In this document: one piece after another, positions 6,038 through 8,358 of the stretch
How positions within the stretch are numbered: position 1 is the first letter of the stretch
Layout of the letters: the number at the start of each line of letters is the position of its first letter
From: a virus
Lineage: Duplodnaviria; Heunggongvirae; Uroviricota; Caudoviricetes
DNA length: 8,358 bases
Reading direction: 5' to 3' (one strand)
Virus record (IMG/VR): IMGVR_UViG_2639763115_000003
Translations under genes and position numbers: made by a program
Notes under the pieces: model-generated
What the model saw: the letters and a program-made list of their open reading frames with translations, nothing else
Told to the model about the DNA's origin: nothing
Database searches by the model: none

Positions 6038-6890
6038 TCTTGCAACCGTAACACATTTAAGGCCTTCACAACGGCCTGTGGAGCGTCGTGTGGCAGAAGT
6101 TGAAGATGGTTATACCCGTCTTGCAAATGCCCTGTATGAAGAGCTTATCGGCGCTGATTTAACGAAAAATCAGAGCAAGGTTGCCCACGCCATATGCCGT
6201 AAAACATACGGCTACGGTAAAAAGATGGATCGCATCTCTGATAGTCAGTTAGCTCAAATTACCAGGCTGCCAAGACAGAAGGTAAACAAGGCCAAGAATG
6301 AGCTTATCGCGATGAAGGTTATCCTTCGCGAAGGCCAGCAAATCGGGCCTAACAAGAACATCGAGGAATGGCAAATCGAAGGGTGTCACTACTCTGGTGA
6401 TAATGTCACTACATTGGTGACAAAAAGTGTCACCAAAACGGTGACAGCGCTGTCACCAAAACAGGGACACACAAAAGAAACTATTACAAAAGAAAAAAGA
6501 AATAATAAAAACACTATGTCCGAAAGTGTTCGGACTGAGTGTGAAAAATCACCTGACCGTCACGAAGAAACCGACAAGGCATTCGAGGAAATATTCTGGT
6601 GTGCAGGCATGCGGAAAGCCGGGAAGAAAAACGCAGCTTCAGCATTCAGAACACAGTTCAGGGAATGGCGTAAAACTACCAGGGGTACGGCAAGCGAGTT
6701 TGCCACGATGCTGGCAGAAGACATCGCATGCAGGAATGGTAAGCAGTTCGGATTCGACAGGTTGTTACCATCGAGCTATCTGAACGGTCAACGCTGGAAC
6801 GACGAGAAGCCAGAAACTATTCAACCACAATCCAAACCATCATCCGCAATCACCGTATCGAAAACTGGCTACGTGTTTTTCGACAGGTGA
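6030..6890 (+). CDS. O: Replication initiator, lambda O / P22 gene 18 family
   Basis: 286 aa with AAGGAG RBS. The N-terminal region ([12 protein letters not shown]...[35 protein letters not shown]) looks like an O-type origin-binding domain, and the iteron origin lies within the gene. The C-terminal domain differs from lambda O. Confidence 0.75.
   Translation: MSNLATVTHLRPSQRPVERRVAEVEDGYTRLANALYEELIGADLTKNQSKVAHAICRKTYGYGKKMDRISDSQLAQITRLPRQKVNKAKNELIAMKVILREGQQIGPNKNIEEWQIEGCHYSGDNVTTLVTKSVTKTVTALSPKQGHTKETITKEKRNNKNTMSESVRTECEKSPDRHEETDKAFEEIFWCAGMRKAGKKNAASAFRTQFREWRKTTRGTASEFATMLAEDIACRNGKQFGFDRLLPSSYLNGQRWNDEKPETIQPQSKPSSAITVSKTGYVFFDR
6380..6520 (+). repeat. Replication origin inside the O-like gene: iterons plus A-rich tract
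   Basis: Repeated GTCAC/GTGAC-containing units between 6382 and 6470, including the direct repeat TGTCACCAAAAC (6428-6439 and 6451-6462, 23-bp period) and the inverted pair TGTCACC/GGTGACA. Followed by an A-rich tract (6470-6515). Confidence 0.65.
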
Positions 6891-6893
6891 ACC

Positions 6894-7001
6894 ATGAAAT
6901 CAAAAATCAAATCGCTACTGGTCGCTGGTTATAACCACGGCTGGTTAAGTATTTCGTTTGTCAATTTCTGGTTTAAAAATCTCAATCTGAGGGAATCATG
7001 A
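6894..7001 (+). CDS. Hypothetical small hydrophobic peptide (35 aa)
   Basis: Hand-translated: [44 protein letters not shown] 3 nt upstream. Its stop overlaps the ATG of the downstream primase-like gene (ATGA). Confidence 0.3.
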   Translation: MKSKIKSLLVAGYNHGWLSISFVNFWFKNLNLRES

Positions 7002-7897
7002 CGCCAAGTGAACTTAGCGACCTGCTTTGGGCGCAGGTTGACAGGGTGGCTCCGCACCTGTTGCCAAACGGCAAGAAAGAGGGGCATGAGTGGGTTGCCG
7101 GTAACGTCAACGGTGACAAGGGAAACAGCCTTAAGGTCAACCTTAGCGGCAAGAAAAAATGGGCTGATTTCGCTGAGGGAGACGGCGGTGACATGCTTGA
7201 TTTGTGGATGGCATGCCGTGGAATTAACCTGCATCAGGCTATGCAGGAAGCGAAAGCATTTCTCGGTATCAAGGATGACGATCACCATTTCGATGCCAAA
7301 CGTGAGAAGAAATTCTCCAGACCTGATCGCAAGAAAATCGCCCGCTACGTTACCAGAACAGAATCCCATCTTGAGTACCTGCAATCGCGTGGCATATCGC
7401 CAGAAGTCGTAAAGCGCTACGAGGTTGTCAGCGGCAAGGTGTGGAATGGAGAACGAGAACTGGATGCTCTGGTGATTCCGTACAAACGCGATGGTGAGTT
7501 GTTGCAGGTCAAGCGAATCAGCACTGAGCGCCCGGACGGGAAGAAAGTCATTATGGCAGAAGGTGATTGCGAACCTTGTCTGTTCGGATGGCAGGCTCTG
7601 GACGCTGGCGTGAGGGCGGTTGTACTTTGCGAAGGCGAAATTGATTGTATGAGCTATGCGCAATACGGCATCTCGGCGTTAAGGACGATTGGAGCAACTG
7701 CGACTCTTGGTGTATCAATGGGGCTTGAGGCTGGTTTTGGTGCAATTATGCGCTTGTATGAATCCAAAGCCGCAAGGGATATGCTTCTTCGTTTGGCTAA
7801 CACAAAAGCAGGAACACCAGCCTATGAAAGAGCGCTAAATAATGCTGCGAATGCTATACGTCCTATACTTGCAAGCCAAATTACAGCAGAACAATAG
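6998..7897 (+). CDS. Primase-like protein with a partial Toprim domain; probably truncated or fused at a deletion junction
   Basis: 299 aa. N-terminal primase-like region ([37 protein letters not shown]) and Toprim motif 1 ([18 protein letters not shown]) are present, but the expected downstream DxD motif is absent. The last 60 or so residues are Ala-rich and unrelated. No helicase gene follows. Confidence 0.6.
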   Translation: MTPSELSDLLWAQVDRVAPHLLPNGKKEGHEWVAGNVNGDKGNSLKVNLSGKKKWADFAEGDGGDMLDLWMACRGINLHQAMQEAKAFLGIKDDDHHFDAKREKKFSRPDRKKIARYVTRTESHLEYLQSRGISPEVVKRYEVVSGKVWNGERELDALVIPYKRDGELLQVKRISTERPDGKKVIMAEGDCEPCLFGWQALDAGVRAVVLCEGEIDCMSYAQYGISALRTIGATATLGVSMGLEAGFGAIMRLYESKAARDMLLRLANTKAGTPAYERALNNAANAIRPILASQITAEQ

Positions 7898-7948
7898 AAT
7901 AAATAATTAACTAAGCACATAACCACTGAAAGATAACAAACGCAACGA

Positions 7949-7970
7949 CCCAGCTTCGGCTGGGTTTTTT
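7949..7970 (+). terminator. Rho-independent terminator
   Basis: CCCAGC-TTCG-GCTGGG hairpin followed by TTTTTT on the plus strand. Confidence 0.7.
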
Positions 7971-8028
7971 ATGCCCAAAATTCACCGTAGCCACTCAGCG
8001 ACGTTTCCTTGTATCTGGAGCAAATTAA

Positions 8029-8358
8029 ATGACAGACATTACAGCCAATGTTGTAGTGAGTATGCCTTCGCAACTCTTCACTATGGCGCGTTCTTTTAAA
8101 GCCGTAGCCAATGGAAAAATTTATATCGGTAAAATTGACACTGATCCGGTAAATCCTGAAAACCAGATTCCAGTATATCTGGAACGAGAAGACGGCACTC
8201 ATGTTCAAGTGTCACAACCAATCGTTATAAATGCTGCCGGATATCCGGTATATAACGGACAGATTGCCAAGTTCGTAACTGTGCAAGGCCATTCTATGGC
8301 TGTTTATGATGCGTATGGTTCGCAGCAGTTCTATTTTCCCAATGTGCTGAAGTATGAT
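8029..8358 (+). CDS. Tailspike protein, N-terminal head-binding domain (P22 gp9 family); partial, runs off the window
   Basis: [50 protein letters not shown]...[28 protein letters not shown] closely matches the N-terminus of P22 tailspike as I recall it. GGAG RBS upstream. The frame is open to the window end. Confidence 0.85.
   Translation, partial: MTDITANVVVSMPSQLFTMARSFKAVANGKIYIGKIDTDPVNPENQIPVYLEREDGTHVQVSQPIVINAAGYPVYNGQIAKFVTVQGHSMAVYDAYGSQQFYFPNVLKYD

Noticed and set aside
6526-6783. 85-aa ORF within the O-like gene in another frame
   Set aside because: Nested inside a supported gene with no independent evidence.
6929-7663. 244-aa minus-strand ORF (and the nested 70-aa and 134-aa ORFs)
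   Set aside because: Lies antisense to, or out of frame within, the primase-like coding region, which has clear protein motifs and an RBS. No RBS or recognisable features of its own, so it is most likely an open frame by chance.
7969-8208. 79-aa minus-strand ORF
   Set aside because: Antisense to the tailspike head-binding domain, which is strongly supported.
1-8358. CRISPR arrays, tRNA or rRNA genes, insertion sequences, integrase or att sites
   Set aside because: No regularly spaced repeat-spacer structure, no tRNA-like cloverleaf candidates, and no transposase or integrase-like ORFs were seen anywhere in the window.

Overview
This window reads as the early/immunity region of a P22-like lambdoid prophage from an enterobacterium (E. 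coli/Salmonella/Shigella type), annotated by eye from sequence and remembered protein families only; no search was run. The leftward pL operon (minus strand) runs N antiterminator, several small or acidic accessory ORFs, an HNH-AP2 endonuclease, cIII-like and Kil-like peptides, a Rad52-family annealing protein and SSB. The immunity core is P22-type (c2 repressor, cro, 18-bp operators) combined with a phage-21-type N and nut sites. Rightward lie a cII homologue with pRE and oop antisense RNA, an O-like initiator with iterons inside its own gene, and a Toprim primase-like ORF. That ORF runs almost directly into a terminator and the tailspike head-binding domain, so the prophage appears to carry a large internal deletion. 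No multi-gene defence system is recognisable; the best candidates for something undescribed are the accessory cargo between N and cIII: two acidic proteins, the endonuclease, and a small opposite-strand gene preceded by tandem repeats.
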